The position numbers and the translations under genes are program-made. DNA of 64,000 nucleotides from a virus. Its lineage: Duplodnaviria > Caudoviricetes. Numbering within the stretch: the stretch's first letter is position 1; each line of letters starts with the position of its first letter. Where the stretch lies: IMG/VR virus record IMGVR_UViG_2934470325_000001, positions 1-64,000 of that record, one strand, 5' to 3'. Shown here piece after piece: positions 48,942 to 59,218 of this stretch. A model generated the notes under the pieces. It did not search any database. It was not told the origin of the DNA and worked only from the letters and a program-made list of their open reading frames with translations.

Positions 48942-50138
48942 CTAGAGCGGAACTTCGACGGTCGCGCCACGACGGGCGAGCTGCCGGAGAATGTCGCGCT
49001 GCACAGCGGCAGCAGGGTTGAGCATCTGCGCGGAGCCGACGCCGATGACCGGCCGGATCGTCTCCCCGTCATCAGGGCTGGCCTCGATCTCGACCGCACT
49101 GATCACGTCGGGCACGTCCGGTAGGCCCGGATACGCCTCCACCGCCACCAGGTCGCCGAGCTGGTAGTTGACGCCGTACCGCTGGCCGTCGATGTCGGCG
49201 GCCACCACGGCGAGGCGTTGCACCTCAGCCGACCCGGCCAGCTCGTCATCGACGGCGGCCTCAAGCTCGGTCAAGTTGTCAGAGCCGGCCGCGTCTACGA
49301 ACGTTTCAAGCCGCCACCAGTCGCCCGGGTCGCCGCGTTCGACGATGATCCGGTTGACTCCGGCGTCTTTGCCGCCGCCGATGCCGACCGTCGCCGACGG
49401 CGCTTCCGGCTCATGTTTGATCGACAGGAGGTTGCCCATGCTGCGGGAGAACCAGATCCCGCCGGTCTTGTCCTCGGGGCCGTACACCTGGAACTCGATG
49501 GTCTGACCGACCTGCTGGGTGCGGAACCCGACCCTGCCACCGGCCAAGTTGACGATGCCACGCAGGTCGTCGGTCACCGGGGCGAACCGCGTCGACCACG
49601 ACACTGCCGCTCCGCCGAGCCCCGCCGGATCACCGAGAACCAGTTGCGGTATCCGCCTCGCAGGCAGCGCACCCGGCCCCGCGTTGAAGTTGACCAGGGC
49701 GCGCATCAGGTTCTCTGCTGTGTCCGTTGCGGTCCACTTGGCGACGTCCTGCGCGGTCGCTGCGAGCGCCGGATTGGGGTAGGACAGCCGTCCGGCGATC
49801 AGCGCCAGGTCGTCGGCGAACCTCACCGTCAGGTCGCCGTAGCCGTCGTCGCCGTGTGTGGCCGCCGACCAGTCCAGCGCCCCCGCGTACTCGATTGGTC
49901 CGGCCAGCAGGATGACCCCGTTGCGTTCGACGACCGCCCGAGCCTTGGGTGTGCGAACCGCCGTAACCACGTCCGGGTACGCGGGCACCGTGAACTCGCC
50001 GGAGCTGACCTCGTTGAACCGGAGCGTGACTGACAGGGACGTCCAGTCGTCTACCTGCTGCGAGATGACGTTGAGGTTGTGGTCGGTGATCCAGATGACG
50101 TACTCAGCAGGGGTAGGTGCGGGGCCGTGAACGCCCAC
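48942..50138 (-). CDS. Tal/hub-type minor tail protein
   Basis: position after Dit; RYGVNYQLGDLV. Confidence 0.8.
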   Translation of the reverse strand: MGVHGPAPTPAEYVIWITDHNLNVISQQVDDWTSLSVTLRFNEVSSGEFTVPAYPDVVTAVRTPKARAVVERNGVILLAGPIEYAGALDWSAATHGDDGYGDLTVRFADDLALIAGRLSYPNPALAATAQDVAKWTATDTAENLMRALVNFNAGPGALPARRIPQLVLGDPAGLGGAAVSWSTRFAPVTDDLRGIVNLAGGRVGFRTQQVGQTIEFQVYGPEDKTGGIWFSRSMGNLLSIKHEPEAPSATVGIGGGKDAGVNRIIVERGDPGDWWRLETFVDAAGSDNLTELEAAVDDELAGSAEVQRLAVVAADIDGQRYGVNYQLGDLVAVEAYPGLPDVPDVISAVEIEASPDDGETIRPVIGVGSAQMLNPAAAVQRDILRQLARRGATVEVPL

Positions 50139-50148
50139 AAGCCACCCC

Positions 50149-51096
50149 CTACGCGGTGTTGTAGTGGGGGTAGAACTCGACGGTGATCGTGGTCCCCGGC
50201 CCCGAGCCGGCCACCGTGAACGTCAAGTCGTTGACGCCCGGCCTCAACCGCCACAACGTCGAACCCGGCCGTTGCAGCGCGCCGCCGAGCATCTCCCCGG
50301 ACGGGCCGAGAACTCGCCCCGGGTCGGTGGTGATGGTGATCGTCTGCCCGGACCCCAGCGCGTAGTTGATGGTGAACTGCTGGCCAAGGGTGTTGTTGGT
50401 TGCCACCAGTTGCGTAGCTGGCCCCGTCAACGTCCAGGTAGGCCACGCGGCAACCTTGCCCGGGTTGGTCATCTCGGTTGCGCCGAGCACGTCGCCGGAG
50501 CTGATGTTGGGGAACGGGTTGAGGTAGTCGACGGTTTCCCCGTAGGCGCGGGACAGGGTGATGGGCTGCGAGTCCCGCCACAACCCATCAGGGCAGAACA
50601 GCGACAGGACCGGGGAGTCCTCCGTCTGCCCCTGCCCGGGTTCGCCTTCCCACCCGGACTGGTAGTAGGCGATCACCTCACGGGCGGTGCCGTCCGGGCG
50701 GACCAGGCGGAACAGTCCCGGCCCGTCCCACATGGTCAGGGCGAACGACTCCGCTAAATCCCGCCACCTCCGTAGGAATTCGAGGTGTGTGCGGCCTCTG
50801 ATTCGCACCGGCCACGTCAGGTTGCGGGCCTGCCGGCGCACCCCCGTCACCTGGACCCCACCACGTGCGGCAGGACGCGACTGGATAGCGATGGGGGTGA
50901 GCCCGTAGCCGGTGACCGCGTTCAACGTGAACAGGTCCCGGCCGGGCGGGTTGAGAGGCCACTCCACCCCTGCCGGGTCGATCCACAACGGCACATACTC
51001 GCCCGGATCAAACCGGGGCAACGGAACCGGTAGCGGCCTCGGCGGGGGCGGCTCAACGGGTGGTGTGGTGGGGGCAGCCCCAATGATCAGCGGCAC
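50149..51096 (-). CDS. distal tail (Dit) protein
   Basis: after TMP; NPGKVAAWPTW, LRPGVNDL. Confidence 0.8.
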   Translation of the reverse strand: MPLIIGAAPTTPPVEPPPPRPLPVPLPRFDPGEYVPLWIDPAGVEWPLNPPGRDLFTLNAVTGYGLTPIAIQSRPAARGGVQVTGVRRQARNLTWPVRIRGRTHLEFLRRWRDLAESFALTMWDGPGLFRLVRPDGTAREVIAYYQSGWEGEPGQGQTEDSPVLSLFCPDGLWRDSQPITLSRAYGETVDYLNPFPNISSGDVLGATEMTNPGKVAAWPTWTLTGPATQLVATNNTLGQQFTINYALGSGQTITITTDPGRVLGPSGEMLGGALQRPGSTLWRLRPGVNDLTFTVAGSGPGTTITVEFYPHYNTA

Positions 51097-51117
51097 CAGC
51101 CACCCCCAACCACCTGA

Positions 51118-54100
51118 TTAGCCCTTGCGTCCGACGCGGGCGCGGGCATCCATCTGCCGCTGGAGTGCCGACATCTCCGACAGAGACGGCGGACCGCCCT
51201 GCGAGTTGACGGTCAGGTTGTTGGTGACCTGCGTCGACACACCCGACCCTTGGCCGCCGCGCACGAACCGGCCGCCGTACCAGCCTGCGCCGATGGACAG
51301 CAGATCCTCACCCCGCCGCCGGCTACCGAGACGTGGCAGGAACAGCTCACCGCCCGTCTCCGGCTCGGCGAACCCGTACAGGGTCTTGGCGCTGTCGAAC
51401 AGGCCGCCCTCCGACAGGCTGAGCAGCCCCGATGGGGAACCCATGTACACGCCGCCGACCGCGTTCGGGGTGAGCACGATCTTCCCGTACTGCTTGAGCA
51501 GCGAATCGATCTGCGACTTCGACATGCCCGACCCCGACAGGATCGTCCGTAGCTGGGCCACGTACGAGTCGTAGACGCCGGTCGCCTTCTTCTTGTCGCC
51601 GGTCTGCTCCAACACGGCCTGCGCCGCATCTTGCGCATCCTTCAAGAAGCGGAACAGGGCGGTCAAGTTCTCCCTGCCTGTTTCGTCCTTCACATCGAAG
51701 ATCGGCTTGTTCAAGCTGAACAGGTCCGTGATCGACGCCAAAGACCCCTCGGCGGAGATCGCCGCCTGCGCGGCAGCGATGTTCTTCTCCGACCCCACCG
51801 GACCCGGCGTGTCATAGGTTGGCCGGGCTGCCAGCTTCTTCATCAGCGAATCGATGGTCGAAGCCGACACCTTCTGCTGCTTGAGCGTCGCCCGCAGCTT
51901 CGCGATGTGGGCGTCGTACTCCTTGTTCGCCGCCTTCACCGACCCGGTCTCGCGGAACTTCGCCTGCGCGGCCTCCTCGGCAGCCTTCACCGACGAGATG
52001 ACGGCGCTGTAGTTCTCCCGGCCCTTCTTCGTCGACAGGGAGAAGCTGCGGCCGTTCTCCTTGAGGCTTTCGTTCAACCTCTGGATGGCGTCCCGGGCCT
52101 GGATGTACGCCTCCACCGACTCCAGCGGGCTACCCCGATCCGTGGACGTGGCAGACGCCGACGCGCCGTAGGCAACCAGCCCCGACGCCGCCGCAACCAT
52201 GCTGCCCCCGGCGATCACACCACCAGCAGCCATCGGCACCACCCGCGCGTTGTTCCACGACGCCGCCTCAGCCAGAATAGACAGGCTCCGGTTCCGGTCC
52301 CCCTTTCGGGGAATGTACGCCTCCCCGCCCGTCTCCGGCTCCGCGAACTTCACCAGCGGCGGGTTCGACGCCGGATAGATGCCGGCCTCCAACGTGCCAC
52401 CGGCAGCCATCGGAATCGGCCGGTCGATGCCACCCCACCGCTTGAGCTGCGTGCCACCCGGCACTTTCAGGTTGCCGCTGCTCGTCCACCGAACCTGCCC
52501 GGTGATCGTGAAATGCCGGTCCCGGAACGAGTTCAGCACAGCTTTCGCGGCACGCATGTCCGCCATCGCCTGCGCCGTTTTCGCCCCGATCAACACGACC
52601 TTGCCGTTCGGCAACTGGCGGATCTGGTAGAGCACCCCGCCGACCTGGCTGGCGGCGTTCGTCGCACCAGGGGCAGTCACCGGCGTGGTGACCGCAGGCG
52701 GCATCATCCCGTACCGTTCGATCAGTGCGTCGATCTGCTCGTCGGTGAGCTTCGCCCCGTGCAGGGTCTTTCGCAGCGCCTCAATGTACTTGTCGTACAC
52801 CCCGGCGGCCTGCTCCACCGACCCCGTTTCCTCGTACTTCTTCTGCGCAGCTTCCGCGCCGGCCTGAATGAGATCGAGGGTGAGTTGCTTGTTTTCCCGG
52901 CCCTTCTCGTTGGCGATGTCGAAGTCGGTGCCCTGCTTGTTGAGGGCCCGCCCGTTCTCCTTCAACGCCTCCGATAGCCGGTCGATGCTCTCCTCAGCTT
53001 TGATCTCCGCCTCAGCGGAGCCAATCGCCGCCCCGTTCAGCTCGTTGAACACGTCGATCAGGTCACGGCCCGATGTGACCGCGCCCTGCAAGCCCTCGCC
53101 GAGGGTCTTCGCCCGAGCCTCCAACGCAGCCAGCGACCCGGCACCGCTGTTCGCGGCCCCGTTCAGCCGCTCCATCTGGCCGACGGTCTGCGGCATGATC
53201 TTCGCAAGCTCACCCGCGTCCAGCCCCGAAGCCGACAAGATCCGATTCCAGGCGGCGTTGACACCCGCCGTGTTGTTGGTTGTCTTCGCATACTGGGCGA
53301 CCGCCGAATCCAGGGCTTGAATGCGCTCCTTACCGCCGGTGAAACTGTCCCCGTAGATCAGCTCATTCAGGGACTTCGCTGGTGGCAACAGCGACTCGAT
53401 CGACCGGCCCAAGTTCGGGAACCACTTGTCACCTGCCGTCTCAGCCGACAGGTTGAGCCCCTCCAGGCTGTCGCCGAACACCCGGGTTAGTTCACCTGTC
53501 GCCCGGCCAGTCTCGGCGAACTCCTGAACCGACTTGGTGAGCCGGTCCACGTCGGCGATCGGGTCTACGAACTGGTCGAGCACCGCACCGGCGAGCTGCA
53601 ACGCGATGAGCGCCGTCACAGCCTTGTTGGCTGCTGACGCGAACCCGGTCATTCCCTTAGCCGCCAACGTTCCGGCGGGACCCATCGCTGCAACCTTCAC
53701 CGCAGCGCCTTGGGCCGCAATACCTAGGGTGGCGACTGCGCCGCTGGTCTTCTTCGCTACCGCACCCAGCGCGAGCGCAGCGATGACGAACGACTGGAAC
53801 TCGTCACCGAGCGCGTTGAACAGGTCGAACACCACGCGCAGCGCGGCGGAGCCAGTGGCGAGGATGTCGAACATGGTGGCGAGGCCCTCGCGGGTGCCCG
53901 GATCCGCGAGCGCGTCGCGGGCGACACCGGCGAGGGGCCCCAGCACTTCCGCCATGCCCTCGTAGGCGGTGGTCAGGGTGTCGACGATGCCGGCGATGTC
54001 CTCCGCGCCCTGCCCTGACGCCATGTAGGCGTCGAGGGCCCGCGCCGTCCCGACGATCGCGCTGTTCTGGTTGTTGACGGCGCTGATGACGTTGCCGATG

Positions 54101-55347
54101 ATCGACGCCAAATCCCCGGTGATCGACAGCAGCGCGCTCGCCGACTCGGCACCCGCCGCGAAGAACTCAGCGAGGTCGCCGGTGGAGCGGGCACGAGCGA
54201 TGCCGGCGGTCATCGAGTCGATGGCACCCGCAAGCCGATCGCCGATGACCCGCACCAGCGGATCGGCGGCGACAGCAACCGACGACAGCGCCCGCGCCAC
54301 CGGCTGGATCCGCACCACCAGTTGGTCGAAGATCCGATCGGCGGTGGCGGTGACCTGCTGGAATCCGCCGAGGATCATCGGGTCGGTGGCGGCGTCGGTG
54401 ATCGCCGTCATCGCGAGCGACCAGTCGTGGGCGAGGATCTGCGCCTGACGGCTCACCGCCGGCAGCGTGTCGGTGGCGAGCCGGTCCAGGTTCCCTGCCG
54501 CCGACGCGTACGCCGCATCCTGGAGTGACTGCTGCAATCCGACCAGTTGCGGCTTGAGCCGGCCAACCTCCTGCACGAGGGCTTTCGCCGACGGGCTGAG
54601 CTGGGTAAACGGGTCGTCGACTTCGAACATGTCGTCGAGGGCGTCACTCAACCCGATGGAGGCCACCTTGACGGTGCCCATTGCGGCAGCGGCCCCACCG
54701 AGGATCCCCGGCAGGGTCCCGGCAGCAGCACCAGCAGCCACGGCAGCCGGGGCAATGTACTGGATTGCGCCACCCGCAGCCGCAGCGGCAGACGTTGTGA
54801 TCGTCAGCACCGTGCCTGCGCGCTTACCCAGCTCACTGAGGGCGTTACCGGCTTTGTCGGCGTCGCGGGCTACCTTCTCGACCCCGCCGCCGAACGACAC
54901 CGTGCCCAGCCGGCCAGCGGCAGCCTCGTGGGTGCGGGCGGCTTTAGCGAACTGCTCCGCCGACGCAACCCACCGGGCGGTGCCGGCCTCGTACCGCTTA
55001 GATGCCCGGTCGTGGCGGCCCGCCGACTGCTGCGCCGTCTTCGACGCAGCAGCCAGCTTGTCGGCTGCCTCGCCGGCCCGGCCCGCGTGCTGTTCCCACA
55101 GCGTCGTCGTCGACGCGAAACGCTGCGACGAACCTTCGTACATGGTTGCTGCGGCGTCGAACTTTTTGGCGGCGGCGGTGACCTTCCGGCCTGCCGCGTC
55201 GAGGTTCTTGCCGACCCCGGCCGCTTCCCGCTCTAGGCGGGCGAGCTGGTCGGCGAGCCGGTTGGTTGCCCTTGCTGCCTGCGCCGCACCTGAGGTGTAG
55301 TCGTGCACCTGCATGCGGAGACGCACCGACACAGTCCGGTCGGCCAT
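51118..55347 (-). CDS. tape measure protein
   Basis: 1409 aa Ala/Gly-rich helical; MADRTVSVRL; FAEPETGGE. Confidence 0.9.
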   Translation of the reverse strand: MADRTVSVRLRMQVHDYTSGAAQAARATNRLADQLARLEREAAGVGKNLDAAGRKVTAAAKKFDAAATMYEGSSQRFASTTTLWEQHAGRAGEAADKLAAASKTAQQSAGRHDRASKRYEAGTARWVASAEQFAKAARTHEAAAGRLGTVSFGGGVEKVARDADKAGNALSELGKRAGTVLTITTSAAAAAGGAIQYIAPAAVAAGAAAGTLPGILGGAAAAMGTVKVASIGLSDALDDMFEVDDPFTQLSPSAKALVQEVGRLKPQLVGLQQSLQDAAYASAAGNLDRLATDTLPAVSRQAQILAHDWSLAMTAITDAATDPMILGGFQQVTATADRIFDQLVVRIQPVARALSSVAVAADPLVRVIGDRLAGAIDSMTAGIARARSTGDLAEFFAAGAESASALLSITGDLASIIGNVISAVNNQNSAIVGTARALDAYMASGQGAEDIAGIVDTLTTAYEGMAEVLGPLAGVARDALADPGTREGLATMFDILATGSAALRVVFDLFNALGDEFQSFVIAALALGAVAKKTSGAVATLGIAAQGAAVKVAAMGPAGTLAAKGMTGFASAANKAVTALIALQLAGAVLDQFVDPIADVDRLTKSVQEFAETGRATGELTRVFGDSLEGLNLSAETAGDKWFPNLGRSIESLLPPAKSLNELIYGDSFTGGKERIQALDSAVAQYAKTTNNTAGVNAAWNRILSASGLDAGELAKIMPQTVGQMERLNGAANSGAGSLAALEARAKTLGEGLQGAVTSGRDLIDVFNELNGAAIGSAEAEIKAEESIDRLSEALKENGRALNKQGTDFDIANEKGRENKQLTLDLIQAGAEAAQKKYEETGSVEQAAGVYDKYIEALRKTLHGAKLTDEQIDALIERYGMMPPAVTTPVTAPGATNAASQVGGVLYQIRQLPNGKVVLIGAKTAQAMADMRAAKAVLNSFRDRHFTITGQVRWTSSGNLKVPGGTQLKRWGGIDRPIPMAAGGTLEAGIYPASNPPLVKFAEPETGGEAYIPRKGDRNRSLSILAEAASWNNARVVPMAAGGVIAGGSMVAAASGLVAYGASASATSTDRGSPLESVEAYIQARDAIQRLNESLKENGRSFSLSTKKGRENYSAVISSVKAAEEAAQAKFRETGSVKAANKEYDAHIAKLRATLKQQKVSASTIDSLMKKLAARPTYDTPGPVGSEKNIAAAQAAISAEGSLASITDLFSLNKPIFDVKDETGRENLTALFRFLKDAQDAAQAVLEQTGDKKKATGVYDSYVAQLRTILSGSGMSKSQIDSLLKQYGKIVLTPNAVGGVYMGSPSGLLSLSEGGLFDSAKTLYGFAEPETGGELFLPRLGSRRRGEDLLSIGAGWYGGRFVRGGQGSGVSTQVTNNLTVNSQGGPPSLSEMSALQRQMDARARVGRKG

Positions 55348-56329
55348 TATCGCCCCTTCCGTCTGCGTCGGGGCGGCTTAGCGACACGCACAACCGTGTG
55401 GATCATGTAGGGGGCCTGGTCAGGGTCGTTCTTCGACCACTTCTCTTCGCTGCGCACCAACGCCTTGCAGCTAAAACACTCGGTGGGGTCCTCGGCCACG
55501 TACTGGCTGGTGGCGTCAGGGTTGTCCGGGTCGTTGTCCGGGTCCGTGCACTCGGCGAGGGGCTGCCCGCACTTGCGACACAACGTGCCCTCGTACAGAT
55601 CGAGGGCGAGCATCCACGCCCGCTCCCGGCTATCCCACTCCACCTCGCGGGACGTCACCCACCGAGAAGGACGGCCCTGCTCATCCCACGCCGTGACCTG
55701 TGTAGCCTCGCGGGGCTCCCACCCGTCCAGCCGTTTCAAGCTGACACCGAGACTCCGGGCGACGCTCAGCTTCCGTCGGAGTTCCGGCGATCCGGCGAGC
55801 TGGTCAGCGAGAAAGGGATGTCATCATCCGCCCGGTTGAGGTTCCAGGCGGCCGTGGCCAGCTTGTCGAACTGGGCGTCGGAGATGCGGTCGTACAGCTT
55901 GGCCCACCGGTTGCCCGACAGTTCCGGCGACACGATCGACGCCCTCACCAGTTCCGGGAAGAACGTCGTCGAGTTGACGCCGAGTCCGTCTCGCGGGTCC
56001 CGCTTCCCGGTCTGACGGTCGGTGCGCGGCGAGTGGTCGGCGAACAGCTTCGTCCACTCCGGTCGGGGCAGCGCCCGCAGCGTGAACTCCACCGTGTGCC
56101 GGCGCATCTCTTCCGCGAGGCGGTCCAGTTCCGGCTGGTCCGGGTCCGGGGTGGGGCCCCGCGATGCGAGCCGGTCATCACCGGGAAGCCCGCCAGCCTC
56201 GGCCTGCGCGGAGCGCTCGTCGATCGCAGTCTTGAGCCGCTCGTACTCGGCGCGCAGCCGTCCGTTGAGGCATAGCGGCACGGTGGTTTCGGCGAGGGTC
56301 GCCTGATCGAGGATGCTGTCGAAATCCAT
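55347..56329 (-). CDS. tail assembly chaperones G (55766-56329) and G-T via -1 frameshift
   Basis: slippery CCCTTTC at 55811-55817 (minus); -1 frame open to 55347. Confidence 0.8.
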
Positions 56330-56422
56330 GGTTGGTCGCTCCCCAGCGAATCAGTCGGGTGTGGGAGCGGGCCGCACCCGACAGTGGGATGCGGCCCGCG
56401 AAGAAGAAGGGGCGAGCAGGGG

Positions 56423-56929
56423 TTACGGGCCGGCGACGACCGCCACGTCACGCTGCACCGAGCCGATGATGAAAGGCTTCTGCGTGATCTTGTGAACCGA
56501 GTTGCGGGCCGGCGTGTTCTTCCGCTGGATGCCCATCTCCACCGGGTACACGTCCACCAGGTCCCCGACGGCGATCGCGTCCTCGAAGTCCACCGCCCAG
56601 CGCAACACGATGTTGCCCTGGGTGCCCGGCGCGAGGGCGATACGCGCCTCGTCGTCGTCCGGGGACGCCGGGTTGAAGACGTAGGTCAACTCCATCGTGT
56701 CGGTGAAGTCGCCGCGCGCCTCGAAGATCTGCTTGCTGCACAGGCGCGGGTCGTCGATCGTGTTCTCCGACGTCTCCGTGGTCAGGCCGTCGCCGGTCAG
56801 GTAGCAGGACAGGTCGAGGACCGTGCCCGCGTTCAACTCCGTGACCTTCGGCGCGGCGGTGTTGGCGATGGCCGGCACCCACAGCGCCGTCATCGTCCCA
56901 TTTGTGTTGACTGCGATGGGCTGACTCAT
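56423..56929 (-). CDS. major tail (tube) protein
   Basis: APKVTELNAGTVLDLSCYL, VDVYPV. Confidence 0.85.
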   Translation of the reverse strand: MSQPIAVNTNGTMTALWVPAIANTAAPKVTELNAGTVLDLSCYLTGDGLTTETSENTIDDPRLCSKQIFEARGDFTDTMELTYVFNPASPDDDEARIALAPGTQGNIVLRWAVDFEDAIAVGDLVDVYPVEMGIQRKNTPARNSVHKITQKPFIIGSVQRDVAVVAGP

Positions 56930-57276
56930 CAGCGCCTACCGCCCTTCGTGCTGGTCGTGGACGTGCTGGGGGCGGTGGTGTCCTCGGTGGCGCTCGCGGT
57001 GTCGGTGCCGGTGGGCGTGTCGCCTCGGCCTTCACCGGCGGTGCCGTCGCCCTTCGGTGCGGCGTCGCTGCCGGCGAGGTCGGTGCGGTACTTCGCCGGT
57101 CGGGCGCGGCGGCCCCAGTTGAGTGGGTAGTCCGGCACGGGGGTCATGCCGTCACGGATCGCGGTCTGCGGCACGTCGTAGCGGTGACCGGTGTCGGCGT
57201 CCTCCACCCAGACGAACGGCACCTTGCCGGTCGTGTCGCGTGGCGTCCGCCGGCCGCCGAGGCGGTCGTCAGCCAT
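56929..57276 (-). CDS. hypothetical virion-module protein
   Basis: position, RBS. Confidence 0.6.
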   Translation of the reverse strand: MADDRLGGRRTPRDTTGKVPFVWVEDADTGHRYDVPQTAIRDGMTPVPDYPLNWGRRARPAKYRTDLAGSDAAPKGDGTAGEGRGDTPTGTDTASATEDTTAPSTSTTSTKGGRR

Positions 57277-57287
57277 TACTGGTCCTC

Positions 57288-57740
57288 TCAGGTCGTGCTT
57301 CGGTTAGGTGAGCTGTGCAGGGTGAAGAAGACCGGCGCGAAGTAGATGCGCCTGCCATCCGGGCTCTTGACGTTCGGATCGACGGAGGGCGGGCCGGGGA
57401 TGCCGGGCTCCTGCTCGATGTCGCCGCAGCGCCGGCCGGGGATAGTGGGCCGTTTGCGGTGCAGCACCCGCCGGGCGCGGTCGGCAGCACCGAGCACGTC
57501 CATGGGGGTCAGGCCGACACAGGTGATTTGGGTGCGGGTCCACACCTCGCCGCCGTCCCCGGCTATCCGCTCCACCACCGGACTGCCCACCGCACCCCAC
57601 ACCACGTAGTGCGGGAAGGTGAGTTCGGCGTCGGGCACGTTGACGTCGCCCTCATGCACCTGAAAGGCGGTACCGGTACGCAGCATCTCCGCGACGGCCT
57701 GGGCGTGATCGACGGACGGCTCAACCGAAGGGGCAGTCAC
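57288..57740 (-). CDS. tail terminator
   Basis: FPHYVVW, TQITCVG; position. Confidence 0.7.
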   Translation of the reverse strand: MTAPSVEPSVDHAQAVAEMLRTGTAFQVHEGDVNVPDAELTFPHYVVWGAVGSPVVERIAGDGGEVWTRTQITCVGLTPMDVLGAADRARRVLHRKRPTIPGRRCGDIEQEPGIPGPPSVDPNVKSPDGRRIYFAPVFFTLHSSPNRSTT

Positions 57741-57756
57741 CGGCGGCCACCCCCGA

Positions 57757-58122
57757 TCAGTCGAACGGGTCGCCGATCGCCTCACATGCAGCGATGAAGC
57801 CCGGGGTGATGGCGTCGAGCGATGGGCCAACGAACGGCTGAGGGGCCATACGGGACGTGCCGCGCTCTACGAAATGGCTGTACGAAGCCTCCGGCCCCCA
57901 CTCGCCTTCCAGGCCGTCACCACTGAACTCGTGACTGACAGACGACCGCATGAACCCGGTGTCCACCGCCGCAAGGCTCTTGGCTATCGCCTCACCGGCG
58001 AGCGTTGACTTGCGCACCACCTGGGCACCCTTCGGCCCGATGTGTTTCTCGGCGGTGCGGAGCTGCACTTCGATGGTGGTCAGCTCTGCCCATCCGTCAA
58101 CGGAGATGGAGGCCACGGTCAC
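57757..58122 (-). CDS. HK97 gp10-like neck protein
   Basis: AVDTGFMRSS, YSHFVERGTSRMAPQPF. Confidence 0.85.
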   Translation of the reverse strand: MTVASISVDGWAELTTIEVQLRTAEKHIGPKGAQVVRKSTLAGEAIAKSLAAVDTGFMRSSVSHEFSGDGLEGEWGPEASYSHFVERGTSRMAPQPFVGPSLDAITPGFIAACEAIGDPFD

Positions 58123-58550
58123 CCCCGCCGGTTGATCGGCTCCTCAACGTCGCAGCCGACATTCCGCTGCCAACTGAGGCCGGAGCGGGGCACATCCACC
58201 ACCCGCAGCCGCACACCGAGCAGAGACGGGTCGCCGTCGCATCCATCGACCACCCACACATCCCGCACATGCGGCACAGGAGTGTCAGCGGGCAGGATCA
58301 GCAGGTAGCCGCCGACCGCCACAATCCGGTCGGCCTGCACGCCCTGCGCCCCGCTGTTCGCGCGTATCCGCGCCCGACCCGAGTAGATGAGCACCGGATT
58401 GGGAAACGTCGTGGTGCCGGTCCCCGGATCGCGGGTACCCGTCTCGGAGGGGCGCAGCAGACGACCGAACACGGTCATCGCCGCCTCAGACACCGGCCGG
58501 TGATGAGACTCGAAGCGTGGATGAATCAGGCGGTGGTTGGGCAGCGGCAT
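58119..58550 (-). CDS. head-tail stopper
   Basis: LIYSGRARI; position. Confidence 0.7.
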   Translation of the reverse strand: MPLPNHRLIHPRFESHHRPVSEAAMTVFGRLLRPSETGTRDPGTGTTTFPNPVLIYSGRARIRANSGAQGVQADRIVAVGGYLLILPADTPVPHVRDVWVVDGCDGDPSLLGVRLRVVDVPRSGLSWQRNVGCDVEEPINRRG

Positions 58551-58561
58551 TCCGGCACCCC

Positions 58562-59218
58562 CTACAGGTACGAGTCGCCCCAGCTGACAGGCTCGGGGAA
58601 CGCGTACAGCGGCAGCAATGCCTGACCGGGCGCGGTGCCGCCGTCCTGTTCCTCGTCGGCCGCCTGCTCCCGCAGCATCTTCGCCAACGCCCTCAGTTCG
58701 GCGGCAACGGCAGCGCCGTTCGTCGTCAAGTCTTGCGTGCTGATGACCTTGGATATCAACACCTCTGACCCGGCGATGATCTCCAACGCGGCGGCTGCAC
58801 CCCGCTTGACGCTGCCGCCCTCTGCCGTGATCAGTGCGGCAAGCTGGGCGTCCTCGAAAAGCGGGGCTGCCTCGTCGAGGTCGGAGATTCGCAGTCGCAC
58901 CATGCCAACAGGGGTGGCCGGGTCAACGGCGATGGGCGGGAGGCCAACCAAGTCGCGGGCGGCCACGAACTTGCCTTGCACCGCATCTTCGGCGGTGCCG
59001 GTCGCGGTGAGGCTGTACGTGTGGGTGCCGGCGGCTGCAACCTGGTAGACGGCCCGGTAGGTGCTGCCGTCAGCGGTGACCGTCATGGCAGCGGTCGTGC
59101 CGTCGGGGCGGGTCACGTCGCCCGCCACGGTCGCGCCCGTCACCGGGTCGCCGTCGACACCGCGCAGTGCCCATTCGGCGACGAACTGCTGCCCCTGCCA
59201 GTAGACGCGTGCGCTCAC
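58562..59218 (-). CDS. head-tail adaptor with extra N-terminal Ig-like domain
   Basis: C-half VGMVRLRISD...FEDAQL adaptor; N-half TRPDGT...GTHTY beta sandwich. Confidence 0.75.
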   Translation of the reverse strand: MSARVYWQGQQFVAEWALRGVDGDPVTGATVAGDVTRPDGTTAAMTVTADGSTYRAVYQVAAAGTHTYSLTATGTAEDAVQGKFVAARDLVGLPPIAVDPATPVGMVRLRISDLDEAAPLFEDAQLAALITAEGGSVKRGAAAALEIIAGSEVLISKVISTQDLTTNGAAVAAELRALAKMLREQAADEEQDGGTAPGQALLPLYAFPEPVSWGDSYL

